A stretch of 35,570 nucleotides of DNA from Octopus bimaculoides. Taxonomy: Eukaryota. Location: positions 44,992,512-45,028,081 of the forward strand of contig NC_068991.1 of the NCBI RefSeq assembly GCF_001194135.2, given 5' to 3'. This document shows, in pieces, positions 11,035 through 23,294 of the stretch (within the stretch, counting starts at the first letter, position 1; each line of letters begins with the position of its first letter). The notes under the pieces are model-generated. The model was not told the origin of the DNA. It was given only the letters and a program-made list of their open reading frames with translations, and did not search any database. A program made the translations under genes and the position numbers.

Positions 11035-11743
11035 NNNNNNNNNNNNNNNNNNNNNNNNNNNNNNNNNNNNNNNNNNNNNNNNNNNNNNNNNNNNNNNNNN
11101 NNNNNNNNNNNNNNNNNNNNNNNNNNNNNNNNNNNNNNNNNNNNNNNNNNNNNNNNNNNNNNNNNNNNNNNNNNNNNNNNNNNNNNNNNNNNNNNNNNNN
11201 NNNNNNNNNNNNNNNNNNNNNNNNNNNNNNNNNNNNNNNNNNNNNNNNNNNNNNNNNNNNNNNNNNNNNNNNNNNNNNNNNNNNNNNNNNNNNNNNNNNN
11301 NNNNNNNNNNNNNNNNNNNNNNNNNNNNNNNNNNNNNNNNNNNNNNNNNNNNNNNNNNNNNNNNNNNNNNNNNNNNNNNNNNNNNNNNNNNNNNNNNNNN
11401 NNNNNNNNNNNNNNNNNNNNNNNNNNNNNNNNNNNNNNNNNNNNNNNNNNNNNNNNNNNNNNNNNNNNNNNNNNNNNNNNNNNNNNNNNNNNNNNNNNNN
11501 NNNNNNNNNNNNNNNNNNNNNNNNNNNNNNNNNNNNNNNNNNNNNNNNNNNNNNNNNNNNNNNNNNNNNNNNNNNNNNNNNNNNNNNNNNNNNNNNNNNN
11601 NNNNNNNNNNNNNNNNNNNNNNNNNNNNNNNNNNNNNNNNNNNNNNNNNNNNNNNNNNNNNNNNNNNNNNNNNNNNNNNNNNNNNNATATATACACTTGA
11701 AAATTCAGCATCATTTATTATATATAGGTATATATATATATAT

Positions 11744-11800
11744 ATCGTTTACTTTTATCTTTTACTTGTTTCATTCATTAGACTGTGCCCATGCTGGGAC
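11744..11800 (+). repeat. Family B repeat fragment
   Basis: CTTTTACTTGTTTCATTCATTAGACTGTGCCCATGCTGG. Confidence 0.65.
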
Positions 11801-12084
11801 ACTGCGTATATATATATGTGTGTATTTATATATACATACTTTCACACATACATACATACATACATACATACCTGCATGCATATATACATACATATGTGTT
11901 CAGTAAGAGATAGGACAGACAGTCAGTCAGACTGACAGAGTGAAAGAAGGGGATTGGACTGTTCGATAAAATGCACGTAACGCATTGTATATTTTAGAAT
12001 GTAGTTGCACAAAACATATTTCCATCTTTTCTCCATATTTCCTGATTAGTTGTTCCATTTTCTAACAATAGCTGTAAAACACCT

Positions 12085-12210
12085 CCTCCTCCTTCTTCTT
12101 CTTCTTCTTCTTCTTGTTCTTCTTCTCCAGCTCCTCCTCCTTCTTCTTCTTCTTCTTCTTCTTCTTCTTCTTCTAGTGGCAAGAAAACTACTACTACTAC
12201 TACTACATCA
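12085..12210. repeat. Compound (CCT)/(CTT)n and (CTA)n microsatellite
   Basis: Read directly. Confidence 0.9.
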
Positions 12211-12658
12211 TTTCTGTTACATGACTACTGCTTTCACCTCCATTAAGTGCATTTTCTTTGCCTTTTGCACCAGTTTTTCTATATTTGCTATTAGCATATT
12301 CCGTGAGAGAGTTGAGAATATTCTGCATAAGGAACTTAACATGATTGTAGCGGGATTCGAACTCAGGCTGTAAGAAGCTAGAATGAATAATGGAGAGCAT
12401 GCTTGCCGACGCTTTAACTATTCGGCCAATCCATTGTCAACTTATGAAACCATATTATGAAAAACATAAATTTATGCATCAAAATAGAAATTAGCACATT
12501 TATAAACGTGGAAATTGGAATTCCCCTATTAAATTTCCATTATAAAGCGTGGTGATTGGCTGAAATATTAGAGCGTTGTTAGTTCTTATTAATTCCGTCC
12601 CTTTGCGTCTTGAGTACAAATCACGCCGAAGTAGGAAATTAATATTTTGTTACATGAA

Positions 12659-12872
12659 GGCGGTGAGCGAGCAAAATCATTAGCATGCCGAACAAAGACC
12701 TAAGCAGTATTTTGTCTGCATTTACGTTCTGAGTTCAAAATACGCCGAGGTCAACTTTGCTTTTCATCCTTTTGGGGGGGTCGATAAAATATGTACCAGT
12801 TGAACTCTAGGATCAGTGTAATCGACTAACCCCTCCCTCGAAATTGCTGACCTTCTGCCAAAATTTGAAATC
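12659..12872 (+). mobile_element. Family A SINE with 18-bp target-site duplication
   Basis: AATATTTTGTTACATGAA occurs at 12641-12658 and 12873-12890, flanking a full SINE body. Confidence 0.9.
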
Positions 12873-13825
12873 AATATTTTGTTACATGAAAGACAAACTG
12901 ACTTTAGCACAGTTTAAGTACAAAAGAATGAAATTTGTTTTAATTGTATTTCTAATTCGATGCTCTACTCTCATGTATAAATAAGAACACTCACAGGTAG
13001 AAATGATAGAGGGCCAGATTAAATAAGGCATTGCTATATTGTACCTTGATTTTCCAGATTTTTAATTTCATTACATTAGGGTGAGCGGCACACCATTTTG
13101 CCTTTCATTTATTTTTTAAAAAATACTTTATTAAAAAAATGACATTTATATCATTTAGCAAACCTTGCTTAAGATTTTTATACTAATTCTCAGTTTGTAC
13201 AATATTAATCAATCACTCGAAAAGAAATGTTCGATTGGAGGTAATGAGTTCAAAACCGTAATCGATTTTCTACGTGTTGTACAAACGTTTCATCTATGAC
13301 AGACCCAACAAAGAGCGGTAGCAACAGCAGCAGAAGTAGTTGTTTTTTAACACCAGGTCATCTTTGATCGAACACACATATGAATCATACGTCTGTTTCC
13401 ACTAAATTCAAACTTTAGCTGTCAGATGTGTGTAAAAATCTTACGTTGAGCATTTTTTTTTCTATGATGATTTTTCTGCATTGAGAGCTTATTCAAATAT
13501 AATTCGAAAATTCATAATTACCAATTACTACATCATTTTAGGAAACTCACCTTGTTTTCTTAAAATAAAAAGACACCTCAGCTAATGTGTCTCTCGATAC
13601 ATTTAATCTGAAAAGAGAAATAAGAAAAAAAAAGGACGGAATAGTCACAACTTTGATCATTCGTCAGAATTTACCTGGGTTACACAGCAATAACAACTAT
13701 AAATACAGTGAGTCATCGAGAGAGTTGGATGCGGTTAGTTGATAGTCTAGAAATAGCAGCAAAATCTATCTCAAATCACACTCTACATTAAAAGAAAAGG
13801 CAAAAGGCGCGCTGGATAATGTGTT

Positions 13826-14161
13826 GTTGGCACTCCGCCTTTTACGATGTCGAGGGTTCCAGTTGATCCGATCAATGGAACAGCCTGCTCATGAAATTAA
13901 CGTGCAAGTGGCTGAGCACTCCACAGACACGTGTACCCTTAACGTAGTTCTCGGGGATATTCAACGTGACACAGTGTGACAAGGCTGACCTTTTGAATTA
14001 CAGGTACAACATAAACAGGAAGTAAGAGTGAGAGAAAGTTGTGGTGAAAGAGTACAGCAGGGTTCACCACCATCCCCTGCCGGAGCCTCGTGGAGCTTTT
14101 AGGTGTTTTCGCTCAATAAACACTCACAACGCCCGGTCTGGGAATCGAAACCGCGATCCTA
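13826..14161 (-). mobile_element. Young tRNA-derived SINE (second family, RTE-like 3' tail), head lost in the N-gap
   Basis: The minus strand has a B-box-like GGTTTCGATTCCC near 14140-14152 and ends ...GGAACCCTCGACATCGTAAAAGGCGGAGTGCCAACAAC. Diverged relatives lie at 25020-25325 (-) and 26057-26400 (+). Confidence 0.75.
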
Positions 14162-15001
14162 NNNNNNNNNNNNNNNNNNNNNNNNNNNNNNNNNNNNNNN
14201 NNNNNNNNNNNNNNNNNNNNNNNNNNNNNNNNNNNNNNNNNNNNNNNNNNNNNNNNNNNNNNNNNNNNNNNNNNNNNNNNNNNNNNNNNNNNNNNNNNNN
14301 NNNNNNNNNNNNNNNNNNNNNNNNNNNNNNNNNNNNNNNNNNNNNNNNNNNNNNNNNNNNNNNNNNNNNNNNNNNNNNNNNNNNNNNNNNNNNNNNNNNN
14401 NNNNNNNNNNNNNNNNNNNNNNNNNNNNNNNNNNNNNNNNNNNNNNNNNNNNNNNNNNNNNNNNNNNNNNNNNNNNNNNNNNNNNNNNNNNNNNNNNNNN
14501 NNNNNNNNNNNNNNNNNNNNNNNNNNNNNNNNNNNNNNNNNNNNNNNNNNNNNNNNNNNNNNNNNNNNNNNNNNNNNNNNNNNNNNNNNNNNNNNNNNNN
14601 NNNNNNNNNNNNNNNNNNNNNNNNNNNNNNNNNNNNNNNNNNNNNNNNNNNNNNNNNNNNNNNNNNNNNNNNNNNNNNNNNNNNNNNNNNNNNNNNNNNN
14701 NNNNNNNNNNNNNNNNNNNNNNNNNNNNNNNNNNNNNNNNNNNNNNNNNNNNNNNNNNNNNNNNNNNNNNNNNNNNNNNNNNNNNNNNNNNNNNNNNNNN
14801 NNNNNNNNNNNNNNNNNNNNNNNNNNNNNNNNNNNNNNNNNNNNNNNNNNNNNNNNNNNNNNNNNNNNNNNNNNNNNNNNNNNNNNNNNNNNNNNNNNNN
14901 NNNNNNNNNNNNNNNNNNNNNNNNNNNNNNNNNNNNNNNNNNNNNNNNNNNNNNNNNNNNNNNNNNNNNNNNNNNNNNNNNNNNNNNNNNNNNNNNNNNN
15001 N

Positions 15002-15054
<53 letters not shown>

Positions 15055-15185
15055 TACCTGTTTATGTACGATTGTGCATAAATATGGCTGTATGTACGTC
15101 TTTTTAATATATACCTTATGTATTTCCCTACTCTCATCTCCCGCTTGCTTTACCTGTGTGCGTGTATGTGTGTGTATATCTTTTT

Positions 15186-15390
15186 TCTTTTATATTTTAC
15201 TTGTTTCAGTCATTAGACTGCAGCTATGCTGGAGCACCGCTTTGAAGAATGTTAGTCGAATAAATCGACCCAATTGCTTTATTTTAAAGTCTGGTACTTG
15301 TTCTATAGGTTTTTACCGATCCGCTAAGTTAAGGAAGCGTAAACACACCGACACCGGTTAGCAAGAAGTGGCGAGGGACAGACACAGATA

Positions 15391-15465
<75 letters not shown>
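15186..15465 (+). repeat. Family B repeat followed by (CT)n(CA)n
   Basis: Near full-length family B sequence. Confidence 0.75.
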
Positions 15466-18400
15466 TGATTTCAACCGGTTCATATAGATGAAAGAATGAG
15501 AGGTAAAGTCGGGACAAAATGCCGCTGAGCATTTTGCCTGACGTGCTATCGATTCTACCAGTCCCCCGCCTTATATATACTGTTTATTAAGAATAGACAC
15601 ATTTGCGCTTCTCACGGCACATCTTAGTTCATCAAAAAGAACATCCCAAGCATCTGTTACAAATTTGCTGATTAAATTAGTAAAAATAAATTAAATTAGT
15701 AAAAGGTGTGACAGCATCTATAGGAAAGTGGAACAGAAATGGAAGAATCTTGAAGGCGTGCTCCAGCATGGCTGCAGTCAAATGACTGAAGCAAATAAAA
15801 GAAAAAAAACGAAATATATCTGTGTGTGTGTGCATGTATGTATATTACATATACAAATATTTCTATATTACATATACACATATGTAATATACATGCATAC
15901 ACACATGCGCACACAAACACACTTCTTTATCTACTTAGTATAAACACACAAAGCACTGAGAATAAAAATATATATGCGTACAATTACTTTTAATGTTGAT
16001 GTACACAAGGTGAAGTACAGCTTCTGCTGGTTTTTGTCTTAGTGAAAAATTCCTCTATAGCCATTGTGTATAAAAAAGCATATCGGACCAAACTGCAAGT
16101 GGCATCCGTGGATCACGGGACACGCTTTTTCGGCGTGATTTCACCTTCTTAGTGGCAGATGACGGCTCAGTTATTTAGGATTAGATTGTATTCCTGTTCC
16201 TATGCAAAGAAGAGAGCGAACAATACATGTACTGGCGTATAATAAAGCTAGCCGAACTGGAAGTAATTTATTATAAGCACGCAAAGAAGTGAAGATCAAA
16301 ATAGAGATGTATACATTTATTTTTAATACGTTCTTGTAAAGAAGAACATGAAAGGCATTCGCTGTAGCATTTTNNNNNNNNNNNNNNNNNNNNNNNNNNN
16401 NNNNNNNNNNNNNNNNNNNNNNNNNNNNNNNNNNNNNNNNNNNNNNNNNNNNNNNNNNNNNNNNNNNNNNNNNNNNNNNNNNNNNNNNNNNNNNNNNNNN
16501 NNNNNNNNNNNNNNNNNNNNNNNNNNNNNNNNNNNNNNNNNNNNNNNNNNNNNNNNNNNNNNNNNNNNNNNNNNNNNNNNNNNNNNNNNNNNNNNNNNNN
16601 NNNNNNNNNNNNNNNNNNNNNNNNNNNNNNNNNNNNNNNNNNNNNNNNNNNNNNNNNNNNNNNNNNNNNNNNNNNNNNNNNNNNNNNNNNNNNNNNNNNN
16701 NNNNNNNNNNNNNNNNNNNNNNNNNNNNNNNNNNNNNNNNNNNNNNNNNNNNNNNNNNNNNNNNNNGTACGTATGTATATATATATATATATATATAAAG
16801 TACTGTGCCATTACTGAAAATTCAACAAAAAGTACTCCATTTTGTGAAAGATAAATATTTATTTAAAGGGCACATACATGTCTTTAAGTCCTATTAATAA
16901 CTTCATATATCGATAAATACTCGGGCACAAGCCACATATCATAACGACCTAAAAGAATTGAATAATAGAAGAAACGCGAAAAAAAAAAGATAAAAAACTG
17001 AGAAGGCAGCACATAAGAAACGCCGAAAGTAAAAACAAACTGAAAAACGAAGACACAAACACCAAAATGTAAAAACTAAAAAGGCAAAAGCGCTATCTTC
17101 CTTAGACCTTAAATTATATGGCTGGAAAGATATCAACATATTCATAAGTATACATACACATGCACACATACGTATATCAAAATAATTCCCCGTTAAGTAG
17201 TAGATAATATTTGTTTCTGAATATTTTCTTCCGACCAACGACTTTCTTCTTTAGATTATCATCTCAGCTAACGAGACTTGTTTACGAGAGAGACAGTAGG
17301 ATAGAAATATCTGCGTGTATCAAATGTTAGGCTACATGTTCCTGAATATTAAATTCAAATCTTTAGTTTGTGATTCATTCTACATTTGGACATGACACCT
17401 TATTCTTCATGGATTGAAGGCAGGTGATTTGTGGTTTAGATTTGAGTTTAGATTTGAGTTTAGATTTGAGTCTGGAAAGCTTCATTCCATTAAGTCTATC
17501 TTCTGAATGGTATCAGCACTGGTATTAAGGGAAACTTTTATTTTTTATTGATGCTTTAAAGCAAAATTACAAACATGTCCTTGTCTATATAAATTGCAAC
17601 ATAGAAGCGATTAAGTTAACTGTACAACCTTCTCTCTTCTGATCTTTGTCAATTGAAAAAAAATTGCGAAAAGGCAGATGTTAGGTGGATTCTGCGACCG
17701 CTTTCGTTATTTTGCAGCTTTTAATTCCTATCCTTTTATAAGTTACAGTTTTCAGATTTGTTTCATGTCTGAAGAATTGTGGAAAGCTTAATTTGAAATC
17801 TTGACCAGCCGTAATCGGGAGGATGCTACCATTTAAAAAATTTTGGAGACATGACTTAAGTTACTTCCTCCTGTCGCACGATCTTTGCAAACCCGGTAAC
17901 TTTGAATTTGTTAAGTGTAGTGACTTCATTTTTTATTTGTGTTGCTGTTAATAGTGGTTATAGCGGCATGAATGGAAGTTTTAGGTCTGTTGAATCGACA
18001 TTTCGTTTTCCTTCTTTCTGTTTTTCATGTTCATTGATGTAGTTGTTGTTTTTTTGTTGACGTTGTTTCGGTCTTTTCCATTTGTATTGTTTTCGTCGCT
18101 ATTGTTGTTGCTGACATTGTTTATGGTGTTCCTACATTCTCTATTAACGGACTGTAGTCAATATACTTACGTATGAAAATATATATATTGGCATCGGTCT
18201 GACTCTTTACTGAAGACGATTGTGCTGGATTTTTTAGGAACTCGTTAACAGAGTTAAGAAATAGCTATAATGATGTTATTTACTTTTAATGTTATTTACT
18301 TTTGTATTTCCTTTTGTGGTGTTACACTCACGCACGCACACACACAAATATACGCGTATGTGTATATCTTTATAATATGTAGTTTTACAGCTAATATACT

Positions 18401-18689
18401 AAATGTATGTATATTTACTGTAATGTAAAGTACGGCAATTGTTATTACATTTAACAAGTAATCCTGTACAAAAATCTTAATATTTACATTCTTATACAAT
18501 TATGCGATAAGCACTCCCTGACATCAAAATTTGTTTATAAAAAAATTCGCTCCTGATCCACAGTAACAACATTTAAGTTGACGATGACAAAATCGAGATA
18601 GTCAATGACATTAATTCAAACTGTAGTTGACAAGACGGAGGCTAACGATGCTGAATTTGAAATTGATGTTTGCGAGCTTGAGGTTGATT

Positions 18690-18838
18690 ATAGCGAATCT
18701 AAGAGAATATCTTGTATGTGGAACACGTCTTGTAGCGTGAGTCCATTGTAAAGATTCTTCCATTGCCGGGAAGCATAAGCAGCCTTTATCTGTCTGGTGG
18801 CTGTAGCGAAAGATGTTGTGTGGTGGACTAAACTGGAA
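18690..18838 (+). mobile_element. Small Tx1-like C-terminal fragment
   Basis: ESIVKILPLP and AAFICLVAVAKDVVWWTKL are homologous to AVFLYLLAMAKEEVAWWTRL in copy A. Confidence 0.65.
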
Positions 18839-20195
18839 GAGGAATTTGGTCTACATATTTGTTTGCTCCTCTTAGTAGCCTTCGAAGTACCCCAATAATA
18901 GTAGATAATGTTGTTGATTTGAGATACCATACTTTTCTGACTTCTATCTTCAGTCCTTTGCTCAATTTCTCAGCCGTTTTCAGAAATGTGCTTTTATCAG
19001 CAGGGGCTGCAACATCCATCAAATGACATGTCTTTTTAACATGATTTTTCACAATGATATCTGGTCAGTTAGCCTGAATCTGTTGATCAATCTGAATACT
19101 GAAATTCCAGTGGATGGTAACTTCATTTTGGACAACTTGTGGCAGTTTGAATGGGCGTGCTGGCTAGTGTATATACTGAACTGTTCTGTCATGTTGCAAA
19201 GACCCTGTTTATGTCAGTCGGTTGCATTAAAAAATTCTGTAGTCGATCGTCTCTGGATGTTATCTGCATGCGCGACACGATGAGCCGCTTTTATATTTCA
19301 GTACATTACACTTGCACGAAGTCACTGTTTGTGAGCAGCAATAATACACTCCTTAGTCATCCGCGTGAAAGTAATTCATGCCAGCCACTGATGAGTAAGG
19401 ATGTCTATATCAGAATTCAGGGCTCAGATCAGGTATTTGCCATGCAGTGGTTTTTGCTTAAATTTCTCCTTAGTGTACTGGAGGCTTTTCGATTATATAT
19501 TTTTTGTTTTGCCTTTTCTGTTAGTGACGCATTTTCTTCGGGTACTGATTCATCTAACTGCATTTAGCCACGGGTATATTATTGCATGGTTCGTCAGTGA
19601 GTGCAACCTTTTCGTATCTTCGTGTTTCAGAAACATATGTAATATCCAGCTGTTTGTTTGCTTGTTGCAGATAAACAGACAGATTCGTAATTGCTGTAAT
19701 TTTCAATGAGAGTGGCGATTGAACGGAAGGTGTAACAGATTGAAGTCTGCTTTTGGGTGATGCATTGCCAGTAGCTTTTAGATTTTGACATTAACTTTCT
19801 CGATCTCAGTGATGGACCAATGAATAATATTGAATCTGAATATGATTACAGGTAAGGCTAACTTGTTTATGGCCCCGATTTTGTTTCTGGCATTCAACTC
19901 AGTTTATGACTGCCTATGGTTCTAATTCTTTTGTTCCAGTATCTCTATGTTGCATGTGTTTCATAATTTTCTCTTGAGAAATGTAGCCTTGACGCATTTG
20001 TCAAGTCCAAATTCCATTTTGACGTCATTCTTAAATTGTTTCACTGTTTGAAGGAGTGCTTGTTGTTGATCATTTTTTCCTGCACAATGTTTCAAGTCAT
20101 CCATGTAGAGAAGATGATTGATGAGTTTATTTCATATACAGTATATCCATAATTTGTTTCAGTCAGTAGTTTACTTGGGGGAAACAGTGCTATTA
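18838..20195 (-). mobile_element. Old degraded R4/Dong-like element (RT5 to RLE), truncated at both ends
   Basis: Shows NHLLYMDDLK (~20100), MEFGLDKCVKATF, INKLALPVI, HHPKAD, HQWL, PDIIVKNHVKKTCHLMDVAAP (RLE) and TIIGVL...KYVDQIP. Many stops. Confidence 0.85.
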
Positions 20196-20212
20196 TTATG
20201 ATTACCAATATT

Positions 20213-21320
20213 GAGGGCGGCGGGCTGGCAGAAACGTTGGCATCCCGAGCGAAATGCTTAGCGGTATTTCGTCTGTCTTTACGTTCTGAGTTCAAATTCC
20301 ACCGAGATTGACTTTGCCTCTCATACTTTCGGGGTCGATAAATTAAGTACCAGTTGCGTACTGGGTCGATCTAATCGAGTAGCGCCCTCTGCCCAAAATT
20401 TCGGGTCTCGTGCTTAGAATAGAAAAGATTATTATTACCAATATTATTAAGACAGCGAGTTGGAGGAATCGTTAGCGCGTTGGAAACATTGCTTAGCCGC
20501 ATTCCTTCTAGTTCTTTGCGTTCCGAGTTGAAAATTTCAGCGAAGTCAACTTTGCTTTTCATCCTTTTCGAGTACCAATTGAGCATTTGAGTTGATGTAA
20601 TCGACTTACTCTCTCCTCTCAAAATTGCTGGCCTTCTGACTATAGCAGAAAAAATTATTACTATTATCATAATATGCAGAATGGCGGCGAGTAGGCAGAA
20701 TCGCTAGCACGCCTGAAGAAAATGCTTAGCGGAATTTCGTTTGTCTTCACGTTCTGAGTTCAAATTCAACCGAGCTCGACTTTGTCTTCCATCATTTCGG
20801 GATCGATTAAATAGAACTAGGTCGATGTAAACCGACTAGCACCCTCTCCTGAAATTTAAGGCCTTGGGCTCATAGTTGAAAGATTTCTTATAACTTGTAG
20901 AAAAGCGGTGAGCTGGCAGAATCGTGTGTGAGACAAAATGCTTAGCATTTCTTCCAGTTTTTTATGCTCTGCCTTCAAATTCCACCGAGGATAGTTTTGC
21001 CTTTCAACCTTTCGTGGTCCATAAAATAAGTACCAGCGAAGTACTGGGGTTGATGGAATCACCTTTCTTTCTCAAAATTGCTGACCTTGTGCCAAAATTT
21101 GAAACCATCATTATAACATGCTGAAGAGAATAATTAGCAGAATTGATAAAACATTGAAAAGAAAAAAAAAAAAAAAAAAAAAAAAGAATATCATGTGGTA
21201 TTTAGTTACGTACCTCTATGATCTGAGTTCAGCACGCGCTGTGATAGCCATTACTTTTTATTGGCCCGGGGTCTGATAAAATAAATACCAGTTAAGGTCT
21301 AATTGGCTTTAACCTCACTC
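20213..21320 (+). mobile_element. Head-to-tail cluster of about five family A SINEs
   Basis: SINE heads start at ~20213, ~20449, ~20683, ~20903 and ~21130 (last very diverged). The first is flanked by the 12-bp TSD ATTACCAATATT (20201-20212, 20434-20445). Confidence 0.85.
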
Positions 21321-21351
21321 CAGATTTATGTTTGTATTAGAAACACACAAG

Positions 21352-22242
21352 CTGATATAGAAATAAGAGTGTGTGTGTGTTTGTATTTGTGTTTGTGTGT
21401 GTGTGTGCGTGTGTGTTTGTGTGTGTGTGTGTGTGTGTACGTGTGTGCACGTGCATGTCAGCTCCAAAAACAAACTAAAATATCTCACTGAGAACCTACA
21501 ATAATTACTTGATATGTTAGAAATAGCAGCCAAATATTCACCGTATCACGCCTCACCCTCTTCAAAAAGAAAGGACACAGTGGACAATATACAAAAAAAT
21601 GGAATGGTCAGAACTAAACGCCTGATCACGCGTTGCTAAAGTCATTCAGAACATCTCTAAAAATACCGAGATGTAATAACATTAATTATGACGATCGTCG
21701 CTGAGGATGTATACGGAAATAACTATGGAGTTAAACAGAAAAAAGAAAATGGCGCAATAATGAACGATGCCATTGTCCATGCTGATCCATGGTGTATATG
21801 TTGTGGTTCATAGCGGACATGAAGCACTTGGAAGTCGATGCGAGGTTACACAGTGTGTTCAACAAATAATTATTACAATACTCTGAGAACACAGAGTAGA
21901 GGCATTTGAAATATGATTTATGAAGAATGATATTCAATTATGTCGGCAACATAAGTACTCATTTCATTCATACAACATTTTGTTTTCTGAATTTATCTAA
22001 ATGAAACATAATTAATATTATTACATCTCCGTATTTTTAGAGACGTTCTGAATGATTTTAGCAATGTGTGATCAAGCGAACAGATGACAAACAACGTTTA
22101 GCCGTGACCACTCTATTTTTTTTGTATATTGTCCACTGAGTCCTTTCTTTTTTAAGTCGTGATACAGTGGATATTTCTAACACATCAAGTAATCATTATA
22201 GGTCTTCTTCTTAGCGAGATATTTTAGTTTCTTCTTGAAGCA

Positions 22243-22286
<44 letters not shown>

Positions 22287-22296
22287 NNNNNNNNNN

Positions 22297-22336
<40 letters not shown>

Positions 22337-22356
22337 CACTCTTATAACTATATCAG
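21352..22356. repeat. Inverted duplication: arms 21352-21690 and 22007-22356, spacer 21691-22006
   Basis: The arms align by eye as reverse complements along their length, including the (TG)n/(CA)n tracts. Confidence 0.88.
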
Positions 22357-23073
22357 GATCTCTACACGACTACATGATATGAAAGAGGAAAAGCTGCCAA
22401 ATACTCTAATTTTGCTGCTATCTTGAAAAAGAAGGGTATATTGGATAATGTAGTCTTGGACACCGGCTAAAAAACAGAGCAAATATAGACGGGATGGTTA
22501 CTTTTAGAACGCCTTTGCTCATTTATTGGCTGCATAAGATCTCGCTCAGTGCATAACAACAACAACGACGACAACAATAAGAATGATAATGACTTTGTAG
22601 ATGAGGTGGGAATAAAATACCGAGAGATCTCACCAGCAAGATGAAGAAGCGATACAGAAAAAGGAGAAAAATTACAAGAAAAAAGAAAAATAGGGAAAAG
22701 CTAAAATAAAATAGATTAACAAGAACTAATATTATTGAAACAATGGTTTTGCAAGCAGCTAAATTATTGATCATATTTTCGTGAGACGCAATAACATATT
22801 TCATTGACCGTTATTAGTGCGATGAACGCCAGCTTGCCTAAATTTTAACTAGATCGTTTCATCCACCGAGGTAACACTGCCTGCTGTATGTCTCTCAATT
22901 AATATATTTATGAAGATTAACACCCAACCAGATTATTTCAGAATTGTGCTATTTACATATCGTAGCATAGAACTACAACAAAGTGTCTGGTGCTTGCAGA
23001 CGTGAATGAACGCTCGACTTATTTGCTAGTACTCCCTGTTTTTTGTACACTGGTCATTTGCAGAATAAACTGC

Positions 23074-23107
<34 letters not shown>

Positions 23108-23235
23108 NNNNNNNNNNNNNNNNNNNNNNNNNNNNNNNNNNNNNNNNNNNNNNNNNNNNNNNNNNNNNNNNNNNNNNNNNNNNNNNNNNNNNNNNNNNNN
23201 NNNNNNNNNNNNNNNNNNNNNNNNNNATATATACG

Positions 23236-23282
<47 letters not shown>

Positions 23283-23294
23283 TTATCTATAATC

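Noticed and set aside
11994-12400. Acidic poly-E/G ORF and adjacent ORF as a host exon
   Set aside because: Built from CTT/CCT/CTA microsatellites and a SINE head, with no domain or splice support.
10953-16854. Long ORFs of 160-346 aa in the ORF track
   Set aside because: They consist almost entirely of N-gap translation.
22523-22804. Transmembrane-like ORF (also 16939-17238)
   Set aside because: The hydrophobicity is explained by T-rich low-complexity DNA, and no family motif was recognised.
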